In this document: piece by piece, positions 38,422 to 47,938 of the stretch
Layout: each line of letters starts with the position of its first letter
How positions within the stretch are numbered: the first letter of the stretch is position 1
Source of the DNA: an uncultured Roseburia sp.
GTDB taxonomy: Bacteria; Bacillota; Clostridia; Lachnospirales; Lachnospiraceae
NCBI GenBank assembly: GCA_944381595.1
Contig: CALWLV010000015.1
Span: 1-51,728, forward strand
Reading direction: 5' to 3'
Length of the DNA stretch: 51,728 nucleotides
The notes under the pieces: generated by a model
Database searches by the model: none
What the model saw: the letters and a program-made list of their open reading frames with translations, nothing else
Told to the model about the DNA's origin: nothing
Position numbers and translations under genes: made by a program

Positions 38422-39387
38422 ATGAAAAATTCCGCCTTATATTATGGTGTAGGGCCCTTATTATACTGTCCTGCAAACAAAGAAAGTATTGCAGATTCTT
38501 TGATAAAGGAAACCTTTGGGAGACATTTTTCCCTTGCTCTGTGTTTGGAGGATACGATTGGAGATGGGTTTGTGTCAGACGCCGAAAACATTCTTGCACA
38601 TAGTCTGCAAAAACTACAGACTGCTCTGGAAAAACATTCTTTTTTTCTACCTAAAATTTTTGTACGTGTTAGAAATGCCGGACAGATGAAACGTGTACTG
38701 AATCTTTCCGGAAGTGCCGGCGAACTGATTCACGGCTTTATCGCTCCCAAATTTTCAACTGAAAATGTGAATCTTTACTTAGAAGAATTGAGCAGGTTGC
38801 AATCTGGAAGAAAACAGCCTCTTTATTTGATGCCGATTTTAGAAAATCCTGCCATGGCAGATTTGAGATTTCGCTATGAATTTCTTTATTCTCTAAAGGA
38901 AACTTTGGATGATTGTGAAGATAACATTTTAAACATCCGTGTGGGCGGCAATGATTTATGTCATGTTTTTGGCCTGCGCCGCAGCAGTTATGAAAGCATT
39001 CATAAGATCGGTCCGATTTCAAGTATTTTCTCCGATATTATCACTGTCTTTGGTCAGAATTATGTTATTTCCGGTCCGGTATGGGAATATTATAGCGGGG
39101 AACACTGGGAAGAAGGATTAAAACAGGAATTAAAAGAAGATCGCTTGAATGGATTTGTAGGTAAGACCGTGATTCACCCGAACCAGATTGAAACTGTCCG
39201 GAATGCCTATCTGGTAAATAAAAAAGATTACGAGGATGCCTGTGCCATTCTAAACTGGAACCCATCTTCGCACTCCCTTGTCCACGGAAATGTGGAGGGA
39301 GCACGCATGAATGAATATAATACCCACAGCCACTGGGCACAGAAAATTTTATACCTGTCAGAAGCCTATGGCGTCTCTGATTCTTAA
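38422..39387 (+). CDS. HpcH/HpaI aldolase / citrate lyase beta (CitE-like) family protein, Ter-associated
   Basis: LLYCPA, LCLEDTI, FVRVRN, PKF, MPILE, RVGGNDL, GKTVIHPNQ. Confidence 0.85.
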   Translation: MKNSALYYGVGPLLYCPANKESIADSLIKETFGRHFSLALCLEDTIGDGFVSDAENILAHSLQKLQTALEKHSFFLPKIFVRVRNAGQMKRVLNLSGSAGELIHGFIAPKFSTENVNLYLEELSRLQSGRKQPLYLMPILENPAMADLRFRYEFLYSLKETLDDCEDNILNIRVGGNDLCHVFGLRRSSYESIHKIGPISSIFSDIITVFGQNYVISGPVWEYYSGEHWEEGLKQELKEDRLNGFVGKTVIHPNQIETVRNAYLVNKKDYEDACAILNWNPSSHSLVHGNVEGARMNEYNTHSHWAQKILYLSEAYGVSDS

Positions 39388-40430
39388 GCATCTGCCAGTT
39401 TTCTGATGATACCGCAGCACCTGTAATGTTGTAGTGGATAAAGTTCCACTGCAACATTTTTTTCTTTTGCCAGTCTGCGGATATGTTCCAGAGAAGGGTC
39501 ATGTTCAAACTCCGTCCCCATTAATATTTTCCAGGGCATTCGTCTCAACAATACTCTGGTGGTTTCTCCGATTCCAGGCTTTATCAGATTGATATCGTCA
39601 ATGCCATAATTCTCTGCAATTCTTTTCACTTCATCAATGCCCTTATCCCGGAAAATAATCGAAGATATTTTGTTTTCCATACGGAATTCCCTTTCAATGT
39701 AATGGATAAATGGATAGGACAAATCGGCCTCTCTCAGTTCATCATAATAAACAGCGCCATGAAAATCCTCTTTTCCAATGATATCATCCCGCAGGAACGT
39801 ACGGCTAATCAGACCGGAAACAGTACTGTTTAAACAAGAATTGGGAATCAGAATATCTTCATGGGTTCCGCACAACTCTGTGATTCCTGCCGGATCTGCA
39901 AGAACTGCCAATTCTGCAGACACTCCCGGATAGTTTATCATATTCTTTTGCAATTCTCCCAGAATGGCACCTTTCCCAATCCATCCATCTACAAACAGAA
40001 TTTGTTCCGGTGAATGATGTCTCAAAATATATTTCATTGCATTTTCATCGATGCCTTTTCCACGGATAATGGAGATTCCATAGTGTATGGGATTTACATG
40101 ATATTTCCATTGCATATAATGCTTTAGCAAAATTCCCACCGGAATCCCGGCTCTGGCAAGGGAAACCAGTACCACATCTTTTCTCCGTGCCATAATCTTA
40201 TCAGCCAGAACTCCCACCGCATTTGCCGTCTGGCCTGCATAATGCTTCAATGCCTCCCGGTAAGCTTCCATATATTTTTCGGATGGTACATATTCAATGG
40301 GAAGCATCTCACTGTAATGTTTCCCGGACTGAATTGATTTTTCCCGTTCTTCTGTAGATTGGGGCTGTACCATGCCGGTAATATCCTTCAGCAATAGTAT
40401 CACATCTTCTTCTTTGTAGGAACTTCTCAT
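39384..40430 (-). CDS. StiP-family putative cysteine protease / PELOTA-like Ter-associated protein
   Basis: HYSEMLPIEY.PS, LVSLARAG.P, FVDGWIGKG, LNSTVSGLISRT, KPGIGETTRVLLRR. Start at 40430 is ATGA-coupled. Confidence 0.83.
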   Translation of the reverse strand: MRSSYKEEDVILLLKDITGMVQPQSTEEREKSIQSGKHYSEMLPIEYVPSEKYMEAYREALKHYAGQTANAVGVLADKIMARRKDVVLVSLARAGIPVGILLKHYMQWKYHVNPIHYGISIIRGKGIDENAMKYILRHHSPEQILFVDGWIGKGAILGELQKNMINYPGVSAELAVLADPAGITELCGTHEDILIPNSCLNSTVSGLISRTFLRDDIIGKEDFHGAVYYDELREADLSYPFIHYIEREFRMENKISSIIFRDKGIDEVKRIAENYGIDDINLIKPGIGETTRVLLRRMPWKILMGTEFEHDPSLEHIRRLAKEKNVAVELYPLQHYRCCGIIRKLADA

Positions 40431-41533
40431 CTCTCCCACCACCTAATCACTGTCACATTCTTGTTGCCCGCCTCCTGTAATGCAGCTAAGAGCGTCCGTT
40501 CCCCCTCTTCCTGTTCCCCGGCGTCGGTAATCACAAGCACAGAATCATATGCACGCAGTTCGTACACATAAGTAATTCTGTCCCTGTCGTAAAAACTACG
40601 CAGTTCAAAGCGCTCATGAAGGGGATATGCCGCCTCTGTACTGACTGCGATGGGACTTCTGGTGGTTGCATGAAATTTCACCGACTTCCCCTCCTGCTCT
40701 AACTTGTCTGCCACATAAAGTGCCGGATACATAAATTCTTCTGTACCCAGAACAAGAATATCCTGTACCTGCCTGAAATCACACTGTTGTCTTATCTCCT
40801 GCCACAGACACTCACAGGCCTGCTGATAATATTTTGCAGATACCAGCCGTCTTGCATTGGCATATCCCTTTTGTATCGTCCACTCCTGTACCGTGCCATC
40901 ATAATGCAGGTTTACCGGATGATAGATTCCATCTCCCTGATATCGGTCTGCAATTTCCCCATAGGAATCATGATTCGTTTTCACCAGAAAATGACATGGT
41001 ATTTCTTCATTCCGATAAATTTCTTCTGCTTGCTGATTCATTCCATTCAAAATAGAAGCAACCGAAAATACCACTCGATTTCCAAATTCTTTCCGAATGA
41101 TTTGAACGATATTTAAAATCGTATTCCCTGTGGTCACCTCATCTTCTGCAAAAATAATGCGGTCTGTCTGCAGAAGCGCCCTTTCCAGATCCTCTCGGAC
41201 CACCTTCTGTTCCATCGCATGGCTATGAGACTCTGTAAAATATAAATAAGATACCCCTGTTATTTCTTCTCTTGTGGTCTGCATATAATCACAATCAAGT
41301 TCTGCTGCCAATGCTGCGCCAATGGCAGTGGCTGTCTCCGCAAATCCGATGATTAAGATTCTGTCTCCTCTGTATTTCTCCTTCAATATCAAAGCCAGTT
41401 CCCGAAACATACACAACGCCTTCCCAGGGCTGACCGGAAGATGTTTTCCCTGCAGAGGATTGACCACCAGATAATTTCTTTTCGTATTATTTTCTCTTTT
41501 TGCAATGGCTGCAAGCTGCTGTTCTGTATACAT
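40427..41533 (-). CDS. phosphoribosyltransferase (PRTase_2 + TRSP), Ter-associated
   Basis: KRNYLVVN.LQGKH, GFAETATAIG, FTESHSHA, PRPP loop EDEVTTGNT, TRSPI. Start at 41533 after AAGGAG. Confidence 0.87.
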   Translation of the reverse strand: MYTEQQLAAIAKRENNTKRNYLVVNPLQGKHLPVSPGKALCMFRELALILKEKYRGDRILIIGFAETATAIGAALAAELDCDYMQTTREEITGVSYLYFTESHSHAMEQKVVREDLERALLQTDRIIFAEDEVTTGNTILNIVQIIRKEFGNRVVFSVASILNGMNQQAEEIYRNEEIPCHFLVKTNHDSYGEIADRYQGDGIYHPVNLHYDGTVQEWTIQKGYANARRLVSAKYYQQACECLWQEIRQQCDFRQVQDILVLGTEEFMYPALYVADKLEQEGKSVKFHATTRSPIAVSTEAAYPLHERFELRSFYDRDRITYVYELRAYDSVLVITDAGEQEEGERTLLAALQEAGNKNVTVIRWWER

Positions 41534-41551
41534 AAATACTCCTTTTCTCAG

Positions 41552-41583
41552 AAAGAAAAAGCCGGGTGTTTCATAACATCCGG
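41552..41583 (-). terminator. imperfect terminator between the yjfB-like gene and the PRTase gene
   Basis: CCGGATGTT-ATGA-AACACCCGG then CTTTTTCTTT; one A-C mismatch on the minus strand. Confidence 0.5.
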
Positions 41584-41597
41584 ACTCTTTCTCTTCC

Positions 41598-41786
41598 TTA
41601 AAGATACAAATCAATATTCTGTCCCAACTCAGGTGTAACAGAAGATTCTATCATCTTAATCATTCCCTGACCCATAATTTCCAAATTCTCCAGAGAATTA
41701 TCTAATACAGCACATCCCACATCCTGCTGTAATTGTGCCATATGCATATTGGTAGACAGGGCTGCGATGCTCATTGTTAAATCCAT
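41598..41786 (-). CDS. YjfB-family small protein
   Basis: IAALST.M....LQQDVG.AVL...L...PELGQNIDL pattern; AAGGAGG RBS. Confidence 0.75.
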   Translation of the reverse strand: MDLTMSIAALSTNMHMAQLQQDVGCAVLDNSLENLEIMGQGMIKMIESSVTPELGQNIDLYL

Positions 41787-41828
41787 ATGTACCTCCTTTC
41801 CTTGCTCTTCCTATACCTCTTTTATTTT

Positions 41829-41857
41829 ATTATAGTACATTCATTTCCATATGTAAA
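41829..41857 (-). promoter_or_regulatory. sigma-A promoter of the yjfB-like gene
   Basis: TTTACA-17-TATAAT. Confidence 0.7.
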
Positions 41858-41872
41858 CCTATAGTTTCCCTT

Positions 41873-43447
41873 CTATTTTTTGGAAAATATGTGTCTCAAA
41901 AATACATATACCATAATCGCTACGGCCATAAAATAGCCAAAAGCTCCCAATGCAGGAATTCCGCAAAATGTTGGTGTCATATTGGTAGTACAGATAATAC
42001 TGGAACTGATTAACAATGCCATCACCCAGAGGCCCAGCACGATGTTTCGAATCAATCTCGCCAACAGTCTGGAAAGGTCTTTGGATACATGAAGGTCCAG
42101 ATGCATTCTGGTGTCGCCCTTTGTATATCCCCGCAGAAGTTCTGCCAGTAAGATTGGAATATCCACTGCCTTATGGATGGATTTGTAAAGTCTCTTCCCA
42201 TCTGCCTTTAACATCTTTTTTAAGCTATTTTTTTCAAAAAAGCTTCCCCGCACTCTGGCAACTGCAATTTCTACAATATTTATCTCAGGGCTGATATCTG
42301 CAAGTACTCCTTCCATATGAGCAAGTCCCCGCACCAGCATAGTCAGTCCTGCAGGCATGGAAATCTGACTCTCCCTCATAATATTCATCAGATCCTGAAC
42401 CACCTTCACGATTTCGATTTTTCCCATATCCACGGTTCCGTATTTTTCAAGAAACGTACTGATATCTTTGCGAAGTCTGGCATAATCTGGCTTTCCTTTG
42501 AATTCTCCAATTTGAAGCACCGCTTCCTGCACCATATCGATATCGTTAATGGCGATTCCCTTAACAGCCTTCTCCACAGCCTGTCTGTCATGTTCCGTGA
42601 GTCTTCCCATCATGCCCATATCAATCCAGACAATCTTTCCTTCCCGAATTTTTACATTGCCGGGATGAGGATCTCCGTGAAAAAATCCATCTTCCATCAC
42701 CTGTTTCATATAATGATTTACCAGTTTACTTCCAATTTCATGCAAATCATAGCCATTGGCCAGAAGATTCTTTTTATCGTCCACAGAAAAGCCATCAATA
42801 TATTCCATGACAAGTACCTTGCTGGTGGTATACTGTCTATAAAGATGCGGAGTTGCACAGAATTCCACATCTTCGTTTTTCCTTGCAAATTCTTCCATAT
42901 TAGAAGCCTCTGTCTGAAAATTCAATTCTTCCTGAGCCACAGTCCAGAGTTCCCCCAGCACCATGTCAAAATCTACCATTCCCTTAATTTTCATGGGCGG
43001 CATCCATTTTATAAGCTTGCGAAGCAGGGCGATATCCTGTTCCATCACCTCATAAACACCTCTTCGCTGGACTTTCACAACTACTTTCTCCCCTGTCTTC
43101 AGGGATGCATAGTGTACTTGTGCGATGGATGCAGACCCCAGTGGTTTCTCCTCAATCCAGGAAAATACTTCCTTCCATGAATACCCATAGGATTCCCGGA
43201 TTGCTTCTTCCACCTCGTGAAAAGTCATGGGTGCCACATTGGAACAAAGGTTCAGCAGTTCATCACAATACTGTTTCGGCAATATGTCAGATCGAGTGGA
43301 CATAATCTGCCCAATCTTTATGTAAGTAGGACCTAAATCTTCCAAAATCAGGCGCACTTTTTTCGGTGTTATGCCCTTCATAATTTCATGACGGCGGAAA
43401 ACCGCCGTCATTTCTTTTAATCTTGTTCGGTACTCAGCCTTCTCCAT
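41873..43447 (-). CDS. AarF/UbiB (ABC1) atypical kinase family protein
   Basis: LGPTYIKIGQ (KxGQ), GSASIAQV, VKVQR, FFHGDPHPGN, IDMG; two C-terminal TMs. Confidence 0.92.
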   Translation of the reverse strand: MEKAEYRTRLKEMTAVFRRHEIMKGITPKKVRLILEDLGPTYIKIGQIMSTRSDILPKQYCDELLNLCSNVAPMTFHEVEEAIRESYGYSWKEVFSWIEEKPLGSASIAQVHYASLKTGEKVVVKVQRRGVYEVMEQDIALLRKLIKWMPPMKIKGMVDFDMVLGELWTVAQEELNFQTEASNMEEFARKNEDVEFCATPHLYRQYTTSKVLVMEYIDGFSVDDKKNLLANGYDLHEIGSKLVNHYMKQVMEDGFFHGDPHPGNVKIREGKIVWIDMGMMGRLTEHDRQAVEKAVKGIAINDIDMVQEAVLQIGEFKGKPDYARLRKDISTFLEKYGTVDMGKIEIVKVVQDLMNIMRESQISMPAGLTMLVRGLAHMEGVLADISPEINIVEIAVARVRGSFFEKNSLKKMLKADGKRLYKSIHKAVDIPILLAELLRGYTKGDTRMHLDLHVSKDLSRLLARLIRNIVLGLWVMALLISSSIICTTNMTPTFCGIPALGAFGYFMAVAIMVYVFLRHIFSKK

Positions 43448-43637
43448 CGTTATTTTCTTTCACTGTCTTTTTTATCGTGTGTTTCAGTTCCTGGTTCAGA
43501 GTCTTTGCCTGTTCTACAGTCAGTTCCCCTTTTTCCACCATTTCATCCAAAAGTTCCTTCGATTTCTCCGCAGTAGTGGCTACTACGCCAATTCCTGCCA
43601 GCAATACCTTCTTTAAGTTTTCTCCCAAATGATCCAT
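43434..43637 (-). CDS. phasin-like small protein
   Basis: KKVLLAGIG...EKSKELLDEMVEKGELTVEQAK; overlaps the UbiB start. Confidence 0.75.
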   Translation of the reverse strand: MDHLGENLKKVLLAGIGVVATTAEKSKELLDEMVEKGELTVEQAKTLNQELKHTIKKTVKENNDGEG

Positions 43638-43662
43638 ACTACAATCTCCTTTCTGCTCTCCC

Positions 43663-44034
43663 TTACCACAATGCTATAATCTTAGGGAGAAATATCATAC
43701 ATCCTATCATTGCCGCCATTATTGCTGCAATCAGAACAGCTCCGGCTGCAGTATCTTTTGCAATTTTCGCCAGTGGCTTTCTCTCTTCTGTCACCAGATC
43801 CACCACTGCTTCCACCGCAGTATTCACAAGTTCCAGCGCCATAACCAGACCAAATAATATCAGGCAGACGCACCACTCAGTGATTGATATTTGCAACAGA
43901 AATCCGGCTGCTACTACCAGAATCGCTGCTATCAGATGTATTTTCATATTTCGTTCTTTTGTAATACCGGTAAAAATACCGGCAAATGCATACCCGAAAC
44001 TTTTCGCAAGAGGCTCTTTTTTTTTACCCGCCAT
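43663..44034 (-). CDS. dgkA: diacylglycerol/undecaprenol kinase (DgkA family)
   Basis: SFGYAFAGI, ERNMKIH, ELVNTAVEAVVDL, AKDTAAGAVL. Confidence 0.88.
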   Translation of the reverse strand: MAGKKKEPLAKSFGYAFAGIFTGITKERNMKIHLIAAILVVAAGFLLQISITEWCVCLILFGLVMALELVNTAVEAVVDLVTEERKPLAKIAKDTAAGAVLIAAIMAAMIGCMIFLPKIIALW

Positions 44035-44049
44035 TGTCCTCACCTCGTC

Positions 44050-45381
44050 TTATGTTATTTTCAGTCTGACAATCTCAATTCGTTTATCTTTGACTCTTAC
44101 CACATCAAAGATGAGATTTTTATAATTCACAGTAGGCTGTGTATCATCTTCCGGAATTTGTCCCATCTGTCCGACTAAGAAACCGGATAAGGTATCAAAT
44201 TCTTCATTGTCGATATGAAGTGCCAGTTTTGCATTTAAGTCATCCACTAAGACAGCACCATCCAAAATATAGGTATGATCATCTATTTTATGGATATCAG
44301 GCGCCTCCACCTCATCATACTCATCTTCGATTTCACCTGTGATTTCCTCAATCAAATCTTCCATCGTAACGATTCCTGAGAAACCACCATATTCATCAAT
44401 GAGGATTGCAATATGCTGCTGGGTCTTCTGCATTTCTTTAAACAGCCTGTCCACTTTTTTATTTTCCGGGACAAAGAAGGGTTTCCGCAAAATAGTTCTT
44501 AGTTTGATCTGGTCAAACTGATACTTTTTTTTATGGGCTTCTACCATAAAATCCTTCATATTCAGTATACCCACAATATTGTCTGTTATATCATCGTATA
44601 CAGGAATTCTGGTATAACGCATTTCCATCAGTTCTTCTAAATTCTCCTGTAAAGGCTCGTTCACATCGATGCAGAACACATCTCTTCTTGGAGTCATAAT
44701 CTCATCCGCCTGAATATCATCAAATTCAAAAAGATTATTAATCATTTCTGTCTCAGTTGCATTGAATACTCCATTCTCCTGTCCGCTATTTACCATAGAA
44801 CGTATTTCTTCTCTGGACAGACATTCTTCCACATTCTCATCATGCATACCAAACAATTTCAATACCATTTTGGTAGACCAGGAAAGTACCTTGATAAATG
44901 GTGATGCCACCTTACTGATACAGATAATCGGACGAACACAGAACATACTATATTTCTCCGCATTCTGCAATGCAATTCTCTTCGGTACTAATTCGCCAAA
45001 AATCAATGTAACGAATGATAATAAAATGGTAATCACAACCATGGCAATGGTATCGCCATATGGAATCGCCCACTGTTCCAATACCCCTGCAAATTTCTTT
45101 GAAATACCGGTAGCTGCACTTGCTGAATTAAAGAATCCGGCCAGTGTAATCGCTACCTGAATGGTCGACAGAAAAGCAGTCGGTTCATTTAATAACTGCT
45201 CTACTAATTTTGCTTTCTTATTTCCTTCCTTCACCATTCGTTGGATTCTTGTTCTGTTTACGGATACAATAGCCATTTCACTGGCTGCAAAATAAGCATT
45301 GATTAATGTCAGAAATACAATCAGTAATAACTGTAATACCAAGGATGTCCCTTGCGGATCTCCTTCCATAAATAAATTCAC
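44050..45381 (-). CDS. hemolysin-family CNNM/DUF21-CBS-CorC membrane protein
   Basis: FAASEMA, LIFGELVPK, IMTPR, YTRIPVY, DEYGGFSG, EDEYD. Confidence 0.9.
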   Translation of the reverse strand: MNLFMEGDPQGTSLVLQLLLIVFLTLINAYFAASEMAIVSVNRTRIQRMVKEGNKKAKLVEQLLNEPTAFLSTIQVAITLAGFFNSASAATGISKKFAGVLEQWAIPYGDTIAMVVITILLSFVTLIFGELVPKRIALQNAEKYSMFCVRPIICISKVASPFIKVLSWSTKMVLKLFGMHDENVEECLSREEIRSMVNSGQENGVFNATETEMINNLFEFDDIQADEIMTPRRDVFCIDVNEPLQENLEELMEMRYTRIPVYDDITDNIVGILNMKDFMVEAHKKKYQFDQIKLRTILRKPFFVPENKKVDRLFKEMQKTQQHIAILIDEYGGFSGIVTMEDLIEEITGEIEDEYDEVEAPDIHKIDDHTYILDGAVLVDDLNAKLALHIDNEEFDTLSGFLVGQMGQIPEDDTQPTVNYKNLIFDVVRVKDKRIEIVRLKIT

Positions 45382-45403
45382 TCTCCTTTTTTCAATAATG
45401 GTT

Positions 45404-45432
45404 ATTGTATCATTTTTTTGGATAATTGTAAA
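45404..45432 (-). promoter_or_regulatory. sigma-A promoter of the CNNM-dgkA-phasin-ubiB operon
   Basis: TTTACA-17-TACAAT with extended TG. Confidence 0.65.
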
Positions 45433-45446
45433 GCAAACTGATTTTT

Positions 45447-46127
45447 CTATCCAAAATATTTTTCGTAATGGATGAATATCTTTCCCTCCAGAATCATTTG
45501 TGCCAGCTCCTGTCCTGTCGCAGGCATTTTCTCCAGTTCCCCATAGACATCTCCCAAATCCTCTGCCCGGTGAAAATCCGAGCCAACCGTCTGAACCAGA
45601 TGATAGGTTTCTGCCAATTCCAATGCCTGACTGTTATGGGAATCATGTCTTGGATTACCATTATAAACCTCTATACCATGCAGTAATTTCACATCTCCCG
45701 GAAAACATCCCTTACGAAATGGATGAGCCTGAACCAGTGCCAGACCTTCCTTATCAGCCACCTCTCTCATTTTCTTTAAATCTTCCATATAAAGCCATGG
45801 ATAACGTTCAAAAAATTCCTCATCCATTCCATAAACCAAATAGTCATTGTTATCACAGGGAAAACGAATTTCCATTCCCAGAAAAACCCGGATTCCCCCC
45901 ATCTGCACCGATGCTTCTTTTGCATTCCGATACCCGGTCAGAAATGTTTCCTTTACTTCCGTCCAAGGATGGTCTTCCGGTCCTCCAAGCACTGATTTGC
46001 TGAAATGGTCTGTAATCACCACTGCATCATATCCTTTTTCACGAAACATCTGTATTCCCTGTGATGCTTTTATTTTACCACAGGGACTTGATTCATCTGT
46101 ATGAAAATGCAACTCTATTTTTTTCAT
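45447..46127 (-). CDS. PHP-family metal-dependent phosphoesterase
   Basis: ELHFHT, ITDH, GMEI, QAHPFR, GSDFH. Confidence 0.87.
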   Translation of the reverse strand: MKKIELHFHTDESSPCGKIKASQGIQMFREKGYDAVVITDHFSKSVLGGPEDHPWTEVKETFLTGYRNAKEASVQMGGIRVFLGMEIRFPCDNNDYLVYGMDEEFFERYPWLYMEDLKKMREVADKEGLALVQAHPFRKGCFPGDVKLLHGIEVYNGNPRHDSHNSQALELAETYHLVQTVGSDFHRAEDLGDVYGELEKMPATGQELAQMILEGKIFIHYEKYFG

Positions 46128-46237
46128 GAGAAATCCCTCCTGAATTTTATAAAAATTTTACATAATTAATTGTCTATTTTTCCTTTCTTATGATACTATA
46201 ATACATATTCTGTAATAAGAAAGGATACCGATTCATT

Positions 46238-47086
46238 ATGACTGATATTTACTTTATCCGCAACAAAACGAATTTTACCAAAACAGAACATAAATTGATT
46301 AACTATATTATTGAAAATCCAACTTCTTTTATTCATATATCCATTGGTGAACTGGCAAAGAAAATCGGCAGTTCTGAGCCTACCATTTCCCGGTTTGCAA
46401 GACATTGCGGTTACAAAGATTTTAAAGAATTAAAAAACGCAGTGCTTCTTCATCAGGCGGAAAGTAACTCCCCTGCCCACAAATTAACATCCACCATCAT
46501 ACAAAATTCCGGTTCCACACTGGAAGAAATGCTGCGCTATCAGCAGCTTTGCATTGATAAAACCATCTCATTTCTGGATGAGGACTCCATAGAACAGGCT
46601 GTATCTGCCATTCTTTCTGCCAGACATATCTACCTCTTTGCAAAAGGTGCTGCCCTGTCCATGGCTCAATTACTGAAATTCCGCCTTGCCAGATTTGGTT
46701 TTTCCATTACCCTTCTTCCCTGTGGAAGTTCTGAATTATTTGAATATATGAATTTTTTTACCAATGAAGATCTTGTTATTTTATTTGGTTTTCAGAAAAC
46801 TCCAAGAGAAGCTCAGGTGATTCTGGACTACCAAAAACAAATACATTACAAAATCATTTTCTTCAGCAGCCGTCTTTATCAATCTCAGAACTACTCGGAA
46901 GAAGATTTCATTCCACTCTATGTTTACCGGGGTGAACCAACAGAATACCACTCCATGGCAGCTCCTGCTGCACTTTTGGATGCGCTGGTTGTACTGACGG
47001 CATCTAAGATGGGAAATTCTTCCAAGGATTGCCTGGAGCGTCTCTATCAGCTAAAAGAACAATACAAATCTGATATTCCGCGATAA
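46238..47086 (+). CDS. MurR/RpiR family transcriptional regulator
   Basis: N-terminal HTH (SIGELAK...SEPTISRFARHCGYKDFKELK) plus SIS domain. Confidence 0.9.
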   Translation: MTDIYFIRNKTNFTKTEHKLINYIIENPTSFIHISIGELAKKIGSSEPTISRFARHCGYKDFKELKNAVLLHQAESNSPAHKLTSTIIQNSGSTLEEMLRYQQLCIDKTISFLDEDSIEQAVSAILSARHIYLFAKGAALSMAQLLKFRLARFGFSITLLPCGSSELFEYMNFFTNEDLVILFGFQKTPREAQVILDYQKQIHYKIIFFSSRLYQSQNYSEEDFIPLYVYRGEPTEYHSMAAPAALLDALVVLTASKMGNSSKDCLERLYQLKEQYKSDIPR

Positions 47087-47113
47087 AGAGGGTTGTCAAA
47101 GACAACCCTCTTT
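47085..47113. terminator. bidirectional terminator between convergent genes
   Basis: AAAGAGGGTTGTC-AAA-GACAACCCTCTTT perfect hairpin. Confidence 0.8.
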
Positions 47114-47114
47114 C

Positions 47115-47912
47115 TTATATTTCTGCTCCCTTTAACAGCACCGATACATAATCTCCTCCAAGCGCATGTATTTCCTTCAGGGAACGCTTTAATCCTCCTG
47201 CTGCTTCCACCTGTAATTTCAGGCTGTTGGATGACTGAATGGTATAATCTCCCTTTTTCATCTCTTCTTTCAGTTCCGACACATGATAGAAAGATTTTTC
47301 AAATTCGTTCCAAACACAGCCATACTGAAACGCCTGATGGGTATCGCTCCCGGTTACCAGCGGCTTTTCCAATTTCCCGGACAATTCCCTCATACGCTTC
47401 CATGTACCTCCATAATCTTTCGCCAGGTCTTTTCCATTTAAATCAAGAAAATCAAATCTGTCCAACAGGTCTTTCGGAAGACTTGGAATATTTCCGCCCA
47501 TGCGGTACGGATGGGCAGCTCCAAAAAGAACCGGATACTCTCCTGCCATATCAGACCATGCTTCCATGGAGAGAAAATGACCTTTTTCTTTATTTGGTTC
47601 CAATCTTCGATTCATCTCCAGAATGCAATCCATAGGTCCAATGACCAATGTATGCCCTCCTTCCGCAATATCCACTTCCATACCGGGGAAAATACAAAAT
47701 TTGTCATCGGTCACGAAACAATCGCCCTGTTTTCCATAATTCTCTGCAATATAACCATACACTTCCTCAAATCCCAGTGTATTAAAATGCTCGGTCAGAC
47801 ACAATGCATCCAGTCCGGATTTGCTCGCTTCACGAAACAGCCAGTCTGTATATACGGGGGAAAATGGCAATTTCTTTGCCAGTTTTCCATGTGTATGAAA
47901 ATCTATTTTCAC
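47115..47912 (-). CDS. PHP-family metal-dependent phosphoesterase
   Basis: DFHTH, LTEH, GMEV, GGH, AHPYR, GSDTH. Confidence 0.87.
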   Translation of the reverse strand: MKIDFHTHGKLAKKLPFSPVYTDWLFREASKSGLDALCLTEHFNTLGFEEVYGYIAENYGKQGDCFVTDDKFCIFPGMEVDIAEGGHTLVIGPMDCILEMNRRLEPNKEKGHFLSMEAWSDMAGEYPVLFGAAHPYRMGGNIPSLPKDLLDRFDFLDLNGKDLAKDYGGTWKRMRELSGKLEKPLVTGSDTHQAFQYGCVWNEFEKSFYHVSELKEEMKKGDYTIQSSNSLKLQVEAAGGLKRSLKEIHALGGDYVSVLLKGAEI

Positions 47913-47938
47913 CGTTGTTCTTCCTTTCCATTTCTATT

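Noticed and set aside
42317-43180. 287-aa plus-strand ORF
   Set aside because: Antisense shadow of the UbiB gene; no recognisable domain and no clear RBS.
44050-45381. Hemolysin as a virulence toxin
   Set aside because: The architecture is DUF21-CBS-CorC, a Mg/divalent-cation transport family; the name is historical.
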